A DNA stretch of 63,528 nucleotides, counting the filler. It is 6 parts of 6 records of this genome, joined end to end, with 100 filler letters (N's around TTAATTAATTAA, not from the genome) between each part and the next. Parts side by side here need not be neighbours in the genome. Positions count along the whole stretch, not along the records: positions 21,400 to 33,752 come from SRR22947725_5766; 5 more parts are not named here. One strand, given 5' to 3'. Both the position numbers and the translations under genes were made by a program. The stretch's first letter is position 1. Every line of letters starts with the position of its first letter. The notes under the pieces are model-generated. The model did not search any database and was not told the DNA's origin. It saw only the letters and a list, made by a program, of their open reading frames with translations. This document shows positions 21,300-31,776 of the stretch, one piece after another.

Positions 21300-21399
21300 N
21301 NNNNNNNNNNNNNNNNNNNNNNNNNNNNNNNNNNNNNNNNNNNTTAATTAATTAANNNNNNNNNNNNNNNNNNNNNNNNNNNNNNNNNNNNNNNNNNNN
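21300..21399. other. artificial contig linker
   Basis: N44-TTAATTAATTAA-N44. Confidence 0.98.
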
Positions 21400-21430
21400 A
21401 TGTGGCTTTCAGCAACTAAAGGAGGTACCG

Positions 21431-21790
21431 ATGAAAGACTACAAATATACCAATGTGAATAAGCGTGTTCGATTGCGTGAATGGCCCACTGGTGATTATG
21501 GGATAACATTTTTAGGTGGAGGGTCTCATGGTCATTACTTTGAATTTTCAAAGAATCATAAGCTTAAATTTAAGCAGCAAAGAAGTGCATATGGCGCGGC
21601 TAAAGCTGTAAAAAACCAAGCGAAAAATTGGAAAGACTTTAAATGGCATGTTGAGAAGTGCCTAGAAACAGATCAACTGCCAGCTCACATACTAAGACTT
21701 GTTAGATGGAGGTTTAGTAATCTGCCAAAATATAAGTATGTGGAAGAGCGCATTGGGTGCATTGTTTATTTCAGAAAAGTAGAGATATAA
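21431..21790 (+). CDS. hypothetical basic protein (119 aa)
   Basis: Strong SD AAAGGAGGT immediately upstream of the ATG; no family recognised. Confidence 0.7.
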   Translation: MKDYKYTNVNKRVRLREWPTGDYGITFLGGGSHGHYFEFSKNHKLKFKQQRSAYGAAKAVKNQAKNWKDFKWHVEKCLETDQLPAHILRLVRWRFSNLPKYKYVEERIGCIVYFRKVEI

Positions 21791-21861
21791 ATATATCTAG
21801 AACTATTTATTACACATACTTTGTAATACAGTATCTTTTTAACTTAACTAAGGAGAAAAGG

Positions 21862-22347
21862 ATGAAGAATTTATCAATGTTATTGAGCCTGCTTGTCATA
21901 TTTGCAGTGCAAGTTGACGCAGCGCCATCAAAGGCTGAAGCAGAAGTTTCCAAAGCTTTTACTGAGTATTTTCAAGCACGTCAAAAGCAGGACTACAAAA
22001 CTGTTGTAGCGCTAGAAAGTAAATCAGGAACTATGAACACTAACTCTGATGGAAGTTTTCATAAGCCTTTAAACAAGCAATCAGAAGCAGATTGGAAAGC
22101 GTCTCAACTAGGCGGCACCCTAGCAGCTTATCACCCAGATTTTACTGAATTATCCGATGACGTTGTGCACGTAAGATTTTATTACGAAGGTGTTATTGAA
22201 ACTCCTAGCGTAACCAGAGATTACAGAACTAGAGCATCCATGAACTGGGTAAAAGAAAGTGGGAAGTGGGTTGCTAAAACAATGCATTTTTCAGCAGCTA
22301 GCTTTGGTGACGTTACTGTCACATCAGCAAGTGACTTTGAAGACTAG
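21862..22347 (+). CDS. secreted NTF2-like (SnoaL/DUF4440-type) protein
   Basis: SD AAGGAG before ATG at 21862; signal peptide MKNLSMLLSLLVIFAVQVDA; C-terminal WVKESGKWVAKTMHFS strand typical of NTF2-like folds. Confidence 0.7.
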   Translation: MKNLSMLLSLLVIFAVQVDAAPSKAEAEVSKAFTEYFQARQKQDYKTVVALESKSGTMNTNSDGSFHKPLNKQSEADWKASQLGGTLAAYHPDFTELSDDVVHVRFYYEGVIETPSVTRDYRTRASMNWVKESGKWVAKTMHFSAASFGDVTVTSASDFED

Positions 22348-22358
22348 TTAGTTTTTCT

Positions 22359-23579
22359 TCAGGCCTCAGGTATCGCTTGAGGCCTGTTGATCCAAGGCAG
22401 GATCAATATATTAATCACCGAATAAATCATTAAGCTTGTCGCAATCTGAGCCAGGCTAATTTCAAGATACGCATAGAAACCAACCATCAGAAATAAGGCA
22501 AGTCGCGTTGCCTCCATGACAAAACCCTTCTTTCCATCAAGCCACAGCGAAGTGCAATACATGGTGAATGCCATCATGGTAACGGTCACAAAAAGTTGTT
22601 GATAATTTAATTCACCGCTTTCTAATATAGTGAATCCAACGAAGCTTAAAGCTAGCAACTGAAAGAAGGCATAGAACTTAATTTTGGTTGGGACCTGAGG
22701 ATTGTATTTTTTAAATGTTGCTGCATTAAACTCATCTTTTTCTGATGACACTGAAAGGGAGGAAGGTTGCCAACCTGTTTTTGCAAAGGGCACAAAGAAC
22801 TTTTCTTTCCAGCTTTGCGCATACCAGATATCTTTAAACATCTTCACATAGATATGGAGGTTCGCCCAAATTGGATTAAAGGTATCAATTTTGCCTCTGA
22901 TACCGTAGATCGGTGTGACTGCATCGTCTTCTTCTTTGTAGGTGCCAAAGATTCGATCCCAGACAATAAATACGCCGCCATAGTTCTTATCAATGTAGCT
23001 TTTATTTTGCGCATGGTGAACGCGATGATTTGAAGCCGTAACAAAAAATTTTTCATACCAGCCCAGTTTAGGAATGTGTTCGCTGTGGACCCAGAATTGA
23101 TAAATAAGATTAACCGAGGCAACGCTGACAAAGACATAAGAGGGCACACCAATCAAAAACACTGGGATATAGAAGACCCAAGTCACCAAGGCTCCAGTTC
23201 CTGTTTGCCTTAAGGCAGTGCTTAAGTTGTAATCTTCGCTTTGATGATGAGCTACATGAGATGCCCAAAATATTTGTCGCTCATGACTGATTCTGTGAAA
23301 CCAATAATAAACAAGGTCATAAACCACAAACGCAAAGATCCACACCAGCGGTGAGCTCGCATCCATTCGCCATAAGCTATTGTTTGATTCAATGAGATAA
23401 AAGACATAGCCGCCAAGGCTGATAATGATTAACTTATTGGCAGTTCTTAATGTGCCCATAAAAAGACTGCTAATTGCATCATTGAGTCGATAGGTGTTGT
23501 TTTTTTTTATGATGCCGTATGCCAGCTCAATTAATATGGCGATTAAAAAAAACGGAACGGCATAGGGTACATAATCCAT
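22359..23579 (-). CDS. fatty acid hydroxylase/sterol desaturase family protein, alkylglycerol monooxygenase-like
   Basis: His boxes YYWFHRISHE, HVAHH, FWVH and HRVHH; SEDYNLSTALRQ and NYGG....WDRIFGT motifs; extra C-terminal TM domain. Confidence 0.85.
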   Translation of the reverse strand: MDYVPYAVPFFLIAILIELAYGIIKKNNTYRLNDAISSLFMGTLRTANKLIIISLGGYVFYLIESNNSLWRMDASSPLVWIFAFVVYDLVYYWFHRISHERQIFWASHVAHHQSEDYNLSTALRQTGTGALVTWVFYIPVFLIGVPSYVFVSVASVNLIYQFWVHSEHIPKLGWYEKFFVTASNHRVHHAQNKSYIDKNYGGVFIVWDRIFGTYKEEDDAVTPIYGIRGKIDTFNPIWANLHIYVKMFKDIWYAQSWKEKFFVPFAKTGWQPSSLSVSSEKDEFNAATFKKYNPQVPTKIKFYAFFQLLALSFVGFTILESGELNYQQLFVTVTMMAFTMYCTSLWLDGKKGFVMEATRLALFLMVGFYAYLEISLAQIATSLMIYSVINILILPWINRPQAIPEA

Positions 23580-23586
23580 TTAGAAA

Positions 23587-24018
23587 TTAGGCAGGGTAGC
23601 TCTTGTGCATAGCTGTGAATCTTGAATAACAAACTCTTTTGCCCGCATCGTCTGTTATGTCTATGTTCCACACTGAAGTTGAGCCACCAATATGAACAGG
23701 CATCGCTTTAGCATAGACAAAACCATCGGTTGGAGAAGAGAGGTGATTTGCATTGATTTCGATACCTACTGGATACTTCTTTTCGCCATCCATGGAAAGA
23801 GCAGCAGCAGTGCTTCCTATACTTTCAGCAAGCACACAAGATGCACCACCATGAAGAATTCCATAAGGTTGTTTGGTTTTTTCTATGACTGGCATCCTGG
23901 CAATAATATAGTCATCCCCAATTTCGGTAAACTCAATGCCGAGATTTTTATCCATATTCACAGCAGAATCTTTTAAATCTTCAATTGAAAGCGGCTTAAA
24001 CCATATTGAGTTTTTCAT
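23587..24018 (-). CDS. hotdog-fold thioesterase (PaaI/MenI-like)
   Basis: KQPYGILHGGASCVLAESIGS and GIEINANHL motifs. Confidence 0.92.
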   Translation of the reverse strand: MKNSIWFKPLSIEDLKDSAVNMDKNLGIEFTEIGDDYIIARMPVIEKTKQPYGILHGGASCVLAESIGSTAAALSMDGEKKYPVGIEINANHLSSPTDGFVYAKAMPVHIGGSTSVWNIDITDDAGKRVCYSRFTAMHKSYPA

Positions 24019-24097
24019 GCAATCATTTTATATCAATGTCAGAACAAGGAAAGCTTCTTTGTTTTTGATACACTAGCGTTTTTTAAAGACACCAACA

Positions 24098-25972
24098 ATG
24101 CTTTCATTTACTAACCTAGCTCTTCGCAGAGGCCCAAATCTTTTATTTGAAGATGTTTCTTTTGTGATTCACAGAGACAAAAAAGTTGGTTTAATTGGAG
24201 CCAACGGGGCAGGGAAGACGAGTCTTTTTAAAATGATTACAGGTGAGCTAGATGTAGAAGATGGGTACCTGGACTATCCCCAAGATTTAAGAATTTCATA
24301 TTTAGCCCAAGAAGTTGTTGGCACAGATCAAAGAGCGGTTGAATACGTTCTAGAGGGAGACAAACAACTCATAAAAATTCAGCAACAAATAAAATCGGCT
24401 GAAGCCAACGAGCAATTTGATAAGTTGGGTGAGTTACATGAGATTTTTAATTCTCTGGATGGTCACTCTGCTTTATCAAAAGCTGAGCAACTCATGGTTG
24501 GCTTGGGATTCACTCAAGACGACTTGGATAAAACTGTTAAAGATTTTTCAGGCGGCTGGAGGGTTAGATTAAACCTAGCCAGAACCCTGATGCAACCTTC
24601 GGACTTACTGTTGCTTGATGAGCCAACCAACCATTTGGACCTTGACGCCATTGTTTGGCTTTCAGATTGGATTAGGTCTTTTAAGGGTGCTTTGCTGCTT
24701 ATTTCGCATGACAGAGAATTTTTAGATGAATGCGTGAATACCATTGCGCATATCAGCAAACAGTCCATTGAGCTCTACACAGGCAATTACTCTCAATTTG
24801 AAGAAGTCAAAGCTTTAAGGCTTGCCGAGGTAGCGGCCAGTTATAAAAAACAACAACGTCAAATTGAGCACATGCAAGATTTTGTTAGACGTTTTAAGGC
24901 TAAAGCCACCAAAGCCAAACAAGCCCAAAGCAGAGTCAAAGCATTAGAGCGCATGGAAGTTATTGCGCCTGCACATGTAGACTCACCGTTTCATTTTTCG
25001 ATCCCTCAATCTGAAAAGATTTCTGATCCCTTGCTTACCTTGGATAGAGCTAATTTAGGTTATTCTGAGAAAGTTCTTTCAAGCGTGAACATCAGTTTGC
25101 ATCCAGGTGATCGAATAGGCCTTCTTGGACCCAATGGTGCTGGTAAATCTACCTTAATTAAAAGTCTCGTAGGGGCCATCTCACTGCTTGACGGAGATAG
25201 ATTTGAAGGCAGCAATTTAAAAGTAGGTTATTTCTCTCAACACCAAGTAGACGACTTAGATTTAACTAAAACAGCCTATGAATGTATTCATCAGATGGAC
25301 ACGCAAAAAACCGAACAACAGGTTCGAACATACTTGGGTGGCTTTGATTTTAAAAACGATAAAGTTAAAGACTCCATAGAATTATTTTCTGGTGGAGAGA
25401 AAGCCAGGTTAGCACTTGCCATGATTGCCTATCAGAAACCCAATCTTTTACTTCTAGATGAGCCAACCAACCATTTGGACATGGAGATGCGTCAAGCACT
25501 AACCATGGCGCTGCAGTCTTTTGGTGGGGCTATCTTATTAATTTCTCATGACAGACATCTACTTGCCAATAATGTAGATCAATTTTTGTTAATCGACGAT
25601 GGAGAAGTTCAAGAATATGCTGGCGACCTCCAAGACTACAGCACAAGAATTCTAGCTAACCTAAGCAAATCCAATCCCAAAAAATCAGCAGGCAAGGCTA
25701 AGACTCCTGGGGCAAATAAAAAAGCAGATCAAAAACTGTTGCGTCAAATTAAAGCTGAGATTATGTCTGCAGAGAAGCGACTAAAGCGTTTGCAAGAGAA
25801 GATTGGTGAAGTGGAGGCAATCTTACAATCACCCGATACATACGATGGAAACTTTCACGAGGATTTACACGACTTAATCAGAAATCAAACTGAGCTCAAG
25901 TCACAAATCGAAGAAGTTGAAGCCGTTTGGCTTAATCTCAATGAGAAGCTCGAAGCCGCCCAGTCCGATTAA
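24098..25972 (+). CDS. ABC-F ATPase (YheS-like)
   Basis: GANGAGKT, FSGGWRVRLNLA, RFKAKATKAKQAQSRVKALERM linker and a second ABC domain with FSGGEKARLALA. Confidence 0.9.
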   Translation: MLSFTNLALRRGPNLLFEDVSFVIHRDKKVGLIGANGAGKTSLFKMITGELDVEDGYLDYPQDLRISYLAQEVVGTDQRAVEYVLEGDKQLIKIQQQIKSAEANEQFDKLGELHEIFNSLDGHSALSKAEQLMVGLGFTQDDLDKTVKDFSGGWRVRLNLARTLMQPSDLLLLDEPTNHLDLDAIVWLSDWIRSFKGALLLISHDREFLDECVNTIAHISKQSIELYTGNYSQFEEVKALRLAEVAASYKKQQRQIEHMQDFVRRFKAKATKAKQAQSRVKALERMEVIAPAHVDSPFHFSIPQSEKISDPLLTLDRANLGYSEKVLSSVNISLHPGDRIGLLGPNGAGKSTLIKSLVGAISLLDGDRFEGSNLKVGYFSQHQVDDLDLTKTAYECIHQMDTQKTEQQVRTYLGGFDFKNDKVKDSIELFSGGEKARLALAMIAYQKPNLLLLDEPTNHLDMEMRQALTMALQSFGGAILLISHDRHLLANNVDQFLLIDDGEVQEYAGDLQDYSTRILANLSKSNPKKSAGKAKTPGANKKADQKLLRQIKAEIMSAEKRLKRLQEKIGEVEAILQSPDTYDGNFHEDLHDLIRNQTELKSQIEEVEAVWLNLNEKLEAAQSD

Positions 25973-27321
25973 AGCTTAACAGGCATCTCTTGGATCGCAT
26001 GCACAAAATTGTTCGGTGCAACTTTCCATTCACCGTTCATGTGAATATCAGGAAAACGTTGAAGTATTTGAGTGTAAGATTCTGCTAATTGCATTAATGC
26101 CACAGGCTTGCCAACGCAGGTATGACGTCCAATACCAAAAGCTAAATGCTTTTCAGCATTCTCTCTTTCAATATCAAACTTATCTGGATTAGTAAAAACA
26201 GATGGATCACGATTTGCAGCTCCGTACCACATCACAATTTTTTCTCCTGGTCCCATGAGCTGATCGCCGACTTGCGTTTCACAAGTTGTGGTTCTTCGCA
26301 TGTGCATAACAGGGGAAATCATTCGGATACATTCTTGAACAAAGTTCGGCATGAGATCCGGGTTATCGATTAATTTTTGACGTTGATCTGGATTTTCAGT
26401 CAGCAGTTTAATCGCGCCACTTAAAGTGTTCCTGGTTGTGTCATTGCCCGCAAAGATAATTAGTAACCAAGAGCCATCTAAGAATTCTTGGCTTAGTTGC
26501 TGCCCCTCAATTTCGGCGTTAGCTATGGCTGAGAGCAAATCATCTTGAGGATTCTTGCGCTTGCTGTTGAGGATATCTCTGCCGTACTCAAACATTTCAT
26601 CGATCATGTTGTTGAACATATCGATCATCTCAGTATTGACAGGTTCCTTGGTGTGCTCTGCATCCAATTCCTTTTTCATTTGATCCACTTGAATGTATTG
26701 AGCAAGTTCCAAGAACTCCATCCAGGTAACCAATTTTTGTCTATCGGCTTCTGGAATTCCTAATATTTCTGAAAGGGTGTAGATAGGGAGTTGCTGAGCA
26801 AAGTCATGCACAAAATTACATTCTCCTTTTGGCTCAATGGTATCTAAAAGGGCCGTAATCTTAGCGCTGACTTTTACTCTTAAATTAGACACATAGTCTG
26901 GTTTAAAAAACGGCATGTGCTCGCGTCGAAGATTGATGTGAAGAGCCCCATCAAGATTGAGCATGTGATCAATTGCTGATCGCCATAATTTTGGATGACG
27001 TCTATCTTCTCTGCCAAGAGTCATCATGGTCCCTGTGCCCATTTGTGATGAGAAAGTTGAAGGATCAGATGATACTTTGAGAATATCGGCATGGTTTGTT
27101 AGCGACCAAAATCCAGGTTCAATATCTCCAACCATCGGAGGATGCCAAAAGACCGGAGCCTGATCTCTCATTTCTTTAAATTCCTTAATCGGCTGACCTT
27201 TGGTAAATAGATCTAGGTCCGTTAAATTAATGGTTGTTTTAAAATCATGAACCGCAGGATGCTGCCTTTTATTAAACGTAGAGTTAGCAATTTCTTTGCT
27301 AATTGAGAGTGGGCTACTCAT
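25969..27321 (-). CDS. cytochrome P450
   Basis: I-helix AGNDTT, ExxR (ECIR) and heme motif FGIGRHTCVG. Confidence 0.95.
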   Translation of the reverse strand: MSSPLSISKEIANSTFNKRQHPAVHDFKTTINLTDLDLFTKGQPIKEFKEMRDQAPVFWHPPMVGDIEPGFWSLTNHADILKVSSDPSTFSSQMGTGTMMTLGREDRRHPKLWRSAIDHMLNLDGALHINLRREHMPFFKPDYVSNLRVKVSAKITALLDTIEPKGECNFVHDFAQQLPIYTLSEILGIPEADRQKLVTWMEFLELAQYIQVDQMKKELDAEHTKEPVNTEMIDMFNNMIDEMFEYGRDILNSKRKNPQDDLLSAIANAEIEGQQLSQEFLDGSWLLIIFAGNDTTRNTLSGAIKLLTENPDQRQKLIDNPDLMPNFVQECIRMISPVMHMRRTTTCETQVGDQLMGPGEKIVMWYGAANRDPSVFTNPDKFDIERENAEKHLAFGIGRHTCVGKPVALMQLAESYTQILQRFPDIHMNGEWKVAPNNFVHAIQEMPVKL

Positions 27322-30041
27322 TATTTGATCACCTTAACTTCGCCAAGGTCTAGTGCTCTAATTGGCTCTTCTATCTTAGATAGATCGCCAACTATTAACC
27401 AAGTCCATTGATTGGGTTTAATATATTTCTGAGCTTTTGCTTGCACTTGAGTGAGCGAAGGCTCATCTAGCAATGCAGGCAATTGATCCAAGTAATCAAG
27501 ATCACGATTGTAGGTAACAATTCCAGATACTCCGCCTTTTAAAGCTCCTAAGGTTTCAAATTGCCCGGGCAGTCTGAGGGTTTTTGATGCCTTGCCCTTA
27601 GCAAGCTCATCTTGTGTGATCGGCTTGGTTGAGAGGTAGTCTGCATATTCTGTAACAATTTCAGCCATTGATTCAGATGTCTTATCGGTCTGAACAGGTG
27701 CTGTGACCAACATAGCTCTTTGTCCTTTTGCATCTCCCAGCCTTGTTCTTACTCCATAAGACCAACTCTTGTCTTCTCTCAGGTTCATGTTTAGCCTGGC
27801 AGTAAAACTTCCGCCAATAGCATAATTCATGTAATCGATCTCAATCTCTTCATCCGTAGCTGAGGGAGGCAATAATTGACCAGCCACGATATAGGATTGT
27901 TGAGCATTTGGCTTGTCAATCAAATAAATGGTTCTATTATCTGGCAATTCAACTGTTGTTAAAGCTTTGAGATCTGAATCTGAATTTGCAGACCAATCAC
28001 CAAATTTACTTTCAAGCAGATCGACAAGCTCCTGCATCTCAATATCTCCTGCTACAGCAAAAGTAAGATGGGCAGAATTAATAGCTCTGCTGTGGACGTC
28101 GATAATATTTGCTCGAGTAATAGATGAAATAGTCTCAGAGATTCCGCTGCCAGTTAATGGCTTACCGTAAGGATGTTCCTCACCATACAAGAGCTTGCCA
28201 ATATTTCTGTAAGCTATAGATGCTGGCCTATTTTCCTCTTGAATAATTCCAGCCAATGTTTCTTTTTTGATGCGCTCAATTTCTTTTTCTGGAAACGTAG
28301 GATTGATTAATGCTTCTTTGGCTAAATCTAAGGTTTGAGATAGGTTGGCTTTTAAAGAAGACAAGGTCGCAACAGATGTATCTAGGCCGGAACCGAATCC
28401 AAGATTTGAGCCCAGAGAATCAAGCACTTCATCAAATTCTAGGGATGAATATTTCTTGGTTCCTTCATTCAACATGCTCATCATAAAATTCGTATAGCCT
28501 AGCTCGTCGTTATTTTCTTGAGCGTAACCAAAGTTAAATTGAAAATTCATTTCAACCAAAGGAACGCCTGTGCGTTGGGCCAAAACAACTTTAGCTCCAT
28601 TGGATAGGGTTGCAGTTTGTAATGTTGGAAATTGAAATTCTACTTTTTCTGTTGGGTAGGGGACGCCCGAAGATCTATCAAGACCTGTTTCACCAACGCT
28701 GTATTTATCGGTTGGAAGAATGGTTAGGACATAAGGAGTGTCATCTATCCACTTTGCAAAAGTAGCTTTCATTTTTGATGGGGTTACAGCATCTAAATAT
28801 GCCAGATTTTTTTGATAGCACCCTGGGTCACCGGTATATGTTTGGCAAGTTGCGAGTAAATCTGACTTGCCACCAAATCCCCCGATTCTTTGAATTCCTC
28901 TGATAAAGCCTGCAAGTATTTTTGTTTTCTCAGCTTTTAATAGTTTGGGGTTAGGACCTCTTTTAGTAAATTCAGCCATTACATCGTCCATAGCTGTTTC
29001 TACTGTTGCAGGATCAACTCCGGCCACAACATCAGCAACAATAAAAAACATTCCTGCTATTTCACGATCGTAATAAAATGATGAAACGCTTGTTGCTATT
29101 TGTTGTTCGTAAACTAGTTCTTTGTAAAGAGGAGAGTTTTTACCACCCACCAATACACTTGAAGCAAGATCAAAATGAGCCGCTGCTTCTGTGTCTCTTT
29201 CTGGGACATTCCATATCTTGTAAATTCTAGCTTGCGGCACATCATCAAACATGACCTCTCTTTTTTCTTCTGAGCGTTTGGCAATCCATTTTTCTGGTTT
29301 TACCAGCGGAGGGCCGGATGCAATGTCTCCAAAATACTTAGCCACTTTAAGTTTGGCTGTCTCAAGATCAATATCACCTGCCAATGCTAAAACTGCATTG
29401 TTAGGCCCATAGTAAGTTTTGAACCAGTCTTGAACATCTTCAAGTGAAGCTGCGTCTAAATCATCCATTGAGCCAATGGTTGACCATGAGTAAGGATGGC
29501 CATTCGGGAAAGCAGATTCACTGATTCTTGTGAATGCTTTTCCGTAGGGCTGATTTTCGCCTTGGCGCTTTTCGTTTTGCACAACACCCCGTTGCTCATC
29601 AAGCTTTTCCTGATCTACCACACCAAGCAAGTGACCCATGCGATCAGATTCCATCCACAAAGCTAGATCGAGAGCATTGGTAGGTACGTTTTGAAAGTAA
29701 TTAGTTCTATCGGAGTTGGTTGTTCCGTTTTGATCAGTCGAACCTATTTTTTCAAAGGGTTCAAAATATTCATTGTTGTAGTTTTCAGTGCCGTTGAACA
29801 TAAGATGCTCAAATAAATGAGCAAACCCAGTCTTTCCAAGCTTTTCATTTTTAGAGCCAACGTGATACCAGACATTAACAGCAACCATGGGAACTTTCTT
29901 GTCCTCATGAACGATAACCGTTAGGCCATTATCTAGCGTAAAAGTCTCATATTTAATCTCAGGTAAATCTGCAAGCGAAGATGCTTGAATAGAGATGATA
30001 AATATTATGTTAATAACAGATGCTTGAAATAATTTATTCAT
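27321..30041 (-). CDS. M16 (insulinase/pitrilysin) zinc peptidase, two-module fusion, secreted
   Basis: HLFEH inverted zinc motif, signal peptide and second-half LNMNLREDKSWSYG motif. Confidence 0.93.
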   Translation of the reverse strand: MNKLFQASVINIIFIISIQASSLADLPEIKYETFTLDNGLTVIVHEDKKVPMVAVNVWYHVGSKNEKLGKTGFAHLFEHLMFNGTENYNNEYFEPFEKIGSTDQNGTTNSDRTNYFQNVPTNALDLALWMESDRMGHLLGVVDQEKLDEQRGVVQNEKRQGENQPYGKAFTRISESAFPNGHPYSWSTIGSMDDLDAASLEDVQDWFKTYYGPNNAVLALAGDIDLETAKLKVAKYFGDIASGPPLVKPEKWIAKRSEEKREVMFDDVPQARIYKIWNVPERDTEAAAHFDLASSVLVGGKNSPLYKELVYEQQIATSVSSFYYDREIAGMFFIVADVVAGVDPATVETAMDDVMAEFTKRGPNPKLLKAEKTKILAGFIRGIQRIGGFGGKSDLLATCQTYTGDPGCYQKNLAYLDAVTPSKMKATFAKWIDDTPYVLTILPTDKYSVGETGLDRSSGVPYPTEKVEFQFPTLQTATLSNGAKVVLAQRTGVPLVEMNFQFNFGYAQENNDELGYTNFMMSMLNEGTKKYSSLEFDEVLDSLGSNLGFGSGLDTSVATLSSLKANLSQTLDLAKEALINPTFPEKEIERIKKETLAGIIQEENRPASIAYRNIGKLLYGEEHPYGKPLTGSGISETISSITRANIIDVHSRAINSAHLTFAVAGDIEMQELVDLLESKFGDWSANSDSDLKALTTVELPDNRTIYLIDKPNAQQSYIVAGQLLPPSATDEEIEIDYMNYAIGGSFTARLNMNLREDKSWSYGVRTRLGDAKGQRAMLVTAPVQTDKTSESMAEIVTEYADYLSTKPITQDELAKGKASKTLRLPGQFETLGALKGGVSGIVTYNRDLDYLDQLPALLDEPSLTQVQAKAQKYIKPNQWTWLIVGDLSKIEEPIRALDLGEVKVIK

Positions 30042-30106
30042 GAATTAGTGCCCCAATAATTTGAAAATATATTTTATACTTTAGTTAAAATAATATATAG
30101 AAGATC

Positions 30107-31771
30107 ATGAAAATAGATATACAACCTTTTAAATCAATCAAACTGCATTTAGCTATTTTGTTGCTGGGATCCTCTATTCTAATTACAGGATGCTCTGAAC
30201 CATTAAGCGATACAACCGATGGGCGATTGAGGTACTGGATATCAACTCTAGCTTCGGATGAATTTGAAGGCAGGGCGCCTGGAACTCCTGGTGGCCAATT
30301 AACCAAAAATTTTATCTCGCAAACTTTTCAAGATCTCGATCTTGACCCAATTAACGGAAATTATTTCTTGGATGTGCCTACCTCTGAAATAACTTTAAAA
30401 GATTCTTCTTACCTAACGCTGTCTTTTAGAGGCAACGATCGAAAAATGAAGACCGGCGAAGAGATAGTTTTCTGGACTAAGCAAGCCAGAGACTATCGAA
30501 AAATTAGAGACAGTGAATTGGTTTTTGTGGGTTATGGAATTGTTGCTCCTGAATACAACTGGAATGACTACGAAGGAATTGATGTGAAGGGTAAAACCGT
30601 AGTTATATTGGTTAATGACCCTGGATATGCAACCGGTAAACTTAGACTATTCAATGGTAAATCAATGACTTACTACGGACGATGGACCTATAAATTTGAA
30701 GAAGCGGCCAAGCAAGGTGCAGCAGCTGCAATCATAGTTCATGAAGAAGCGCCCGCGGCCTATCCATGGAGTGTTGTTGAGAATAGTTGGCAAGGCCCTC
30801 AGTTAGATCTGCAACGCGATGATCTAGGCGCAGATAGAGTTACGTTAGAAGGCTGGATAAGACATGACACGCTTAATGATGTTCTTGGATACACAGGTTT
30901 TAACTACGAGGCGCTCAAAGACATCGCCTTAGACAAATCATTCTCTGCGTTCCCTTTGCGCGGATTAACCTTGAGCAGCGAAATATTCAATGAAGTTAGA
31001 TACCTGCAGTCTCACAATATCGCTGCCATAAAAAAGGGAACTGTTAATCCAGATGAATATGTTCTTTTTATGGCACATTGGGATCATCTTGGTGTGTTGG
31101 ATAATACCAAGTCTGGTGAAGACTCTATTATTAATGGTGCTGTTGATAATGCCACGGGCGTTGCTTCAATCCTTGAGTTTGCTAAAAGGTACTCAGACAT
31201 TGAAACAGAAAGGTCTATTATTTTTTTAACGGTAACGCTTGAGGAGTCTGGGCTTCTTGGGTCTGAGTATTTTGCAAAATATCCACCAATTGATCTATCC
31301 CAAGTTGTAGGAGGATTTAATTTTGACGGCATTCTTCCAACAGGATTAACTAATGATATGGTTGTCGTCGGCTACGGAGCATCCGAGCTTGAAGATTTGC
31401 TTGAAGCAGAGCTTGGAAAAAATGGACGATACATTAACCCTGACCCAAACCCTGAAAAAGGATACTTTTATCGCTCCGATCACATCAGCTTAGCGAAAAG
31501 AGGCGTGCCTATGCTGTATGCGGATGGTGGCTTTGACTTTGTCGACGGAGGAAAAGAGGCTGGTTTTAAATTTGAAGAATCTTATCGCCTAGGGGCTTAC
31601 CATGGTGTGGCTGATGAGTATGATCCAGCTTGGAATCTTGAGGGCTTAAATCAATCAATAGATGTAATTTTTAATATTAGCAATGAGTTAGCGAACAGCT
31701 CGAATTGGCCCAATTGGTATGAAGGAAATGAATTCAAAGCAACCAGAGATACTGCACGAGCTGGGAAGTAA
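30107..31771 (+). CDS. M28 peptidase with PA domain, probable lipoprotein
   Basis: LITGC lipobox, LASDEFEGR, AHWDHLG, GAVDNATG, EESGLLGS, RSDH and YH motifs. Confidence 0.92.
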   Translation: MKIDIQPFKSIKLHLAILLLGSSILITGCSEPLSDTTDGRLRYWISTLASDEFEGRAPGTPGGQLTKNFISQTFQDLDLDPINGNYFLDVPTSEITLKDSSYLTLSFRGNDRKMKTGEEIVFWTKQARDYRKIRDSELVFVGYGIVAPEYNWNDYEGIDVKGKTVVILVNDPGYATGKLRLFNGKSMTYYGRWTYKFEEAAKQGAAAAIIVHEEAPAAYPWSVVENSWQGPQLDLQRDDLGADRVTLEGWIRHDTLNDVLGYTGFNYEALKDIALDKSFSAFPLRGLTLSSEIFNEVRYLQSHNIAAIKKGTVNPDEYVLFMAHWDHLGVLDNTKSGEDSIINGAVDNATGVASILEFAKRYSDIETERSIIFLTVTLEESGLLGSEYFAKYPPIDLSQVVGGFNFDGILPTGLTNDMVVVGYGASELEDLLEAELGKNGRYINPDPNPEKGYFYRSDHISLAKRGVPMLYADGGFDFVDGGKEAGFKFEESYRLGAYHGVADEYDPAWNLEGLNQSIDVIFNISNELANSSNWPNWYEGNEFKATRDTARAGK

Positions 31772-31776
31772 GGTAT

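Noticed and set aside
21348-21551. Track ORFs running into N linkers (also 33797-34156 and 33801-34211)
   Set aside because: Artefacts of translating through the gaps.
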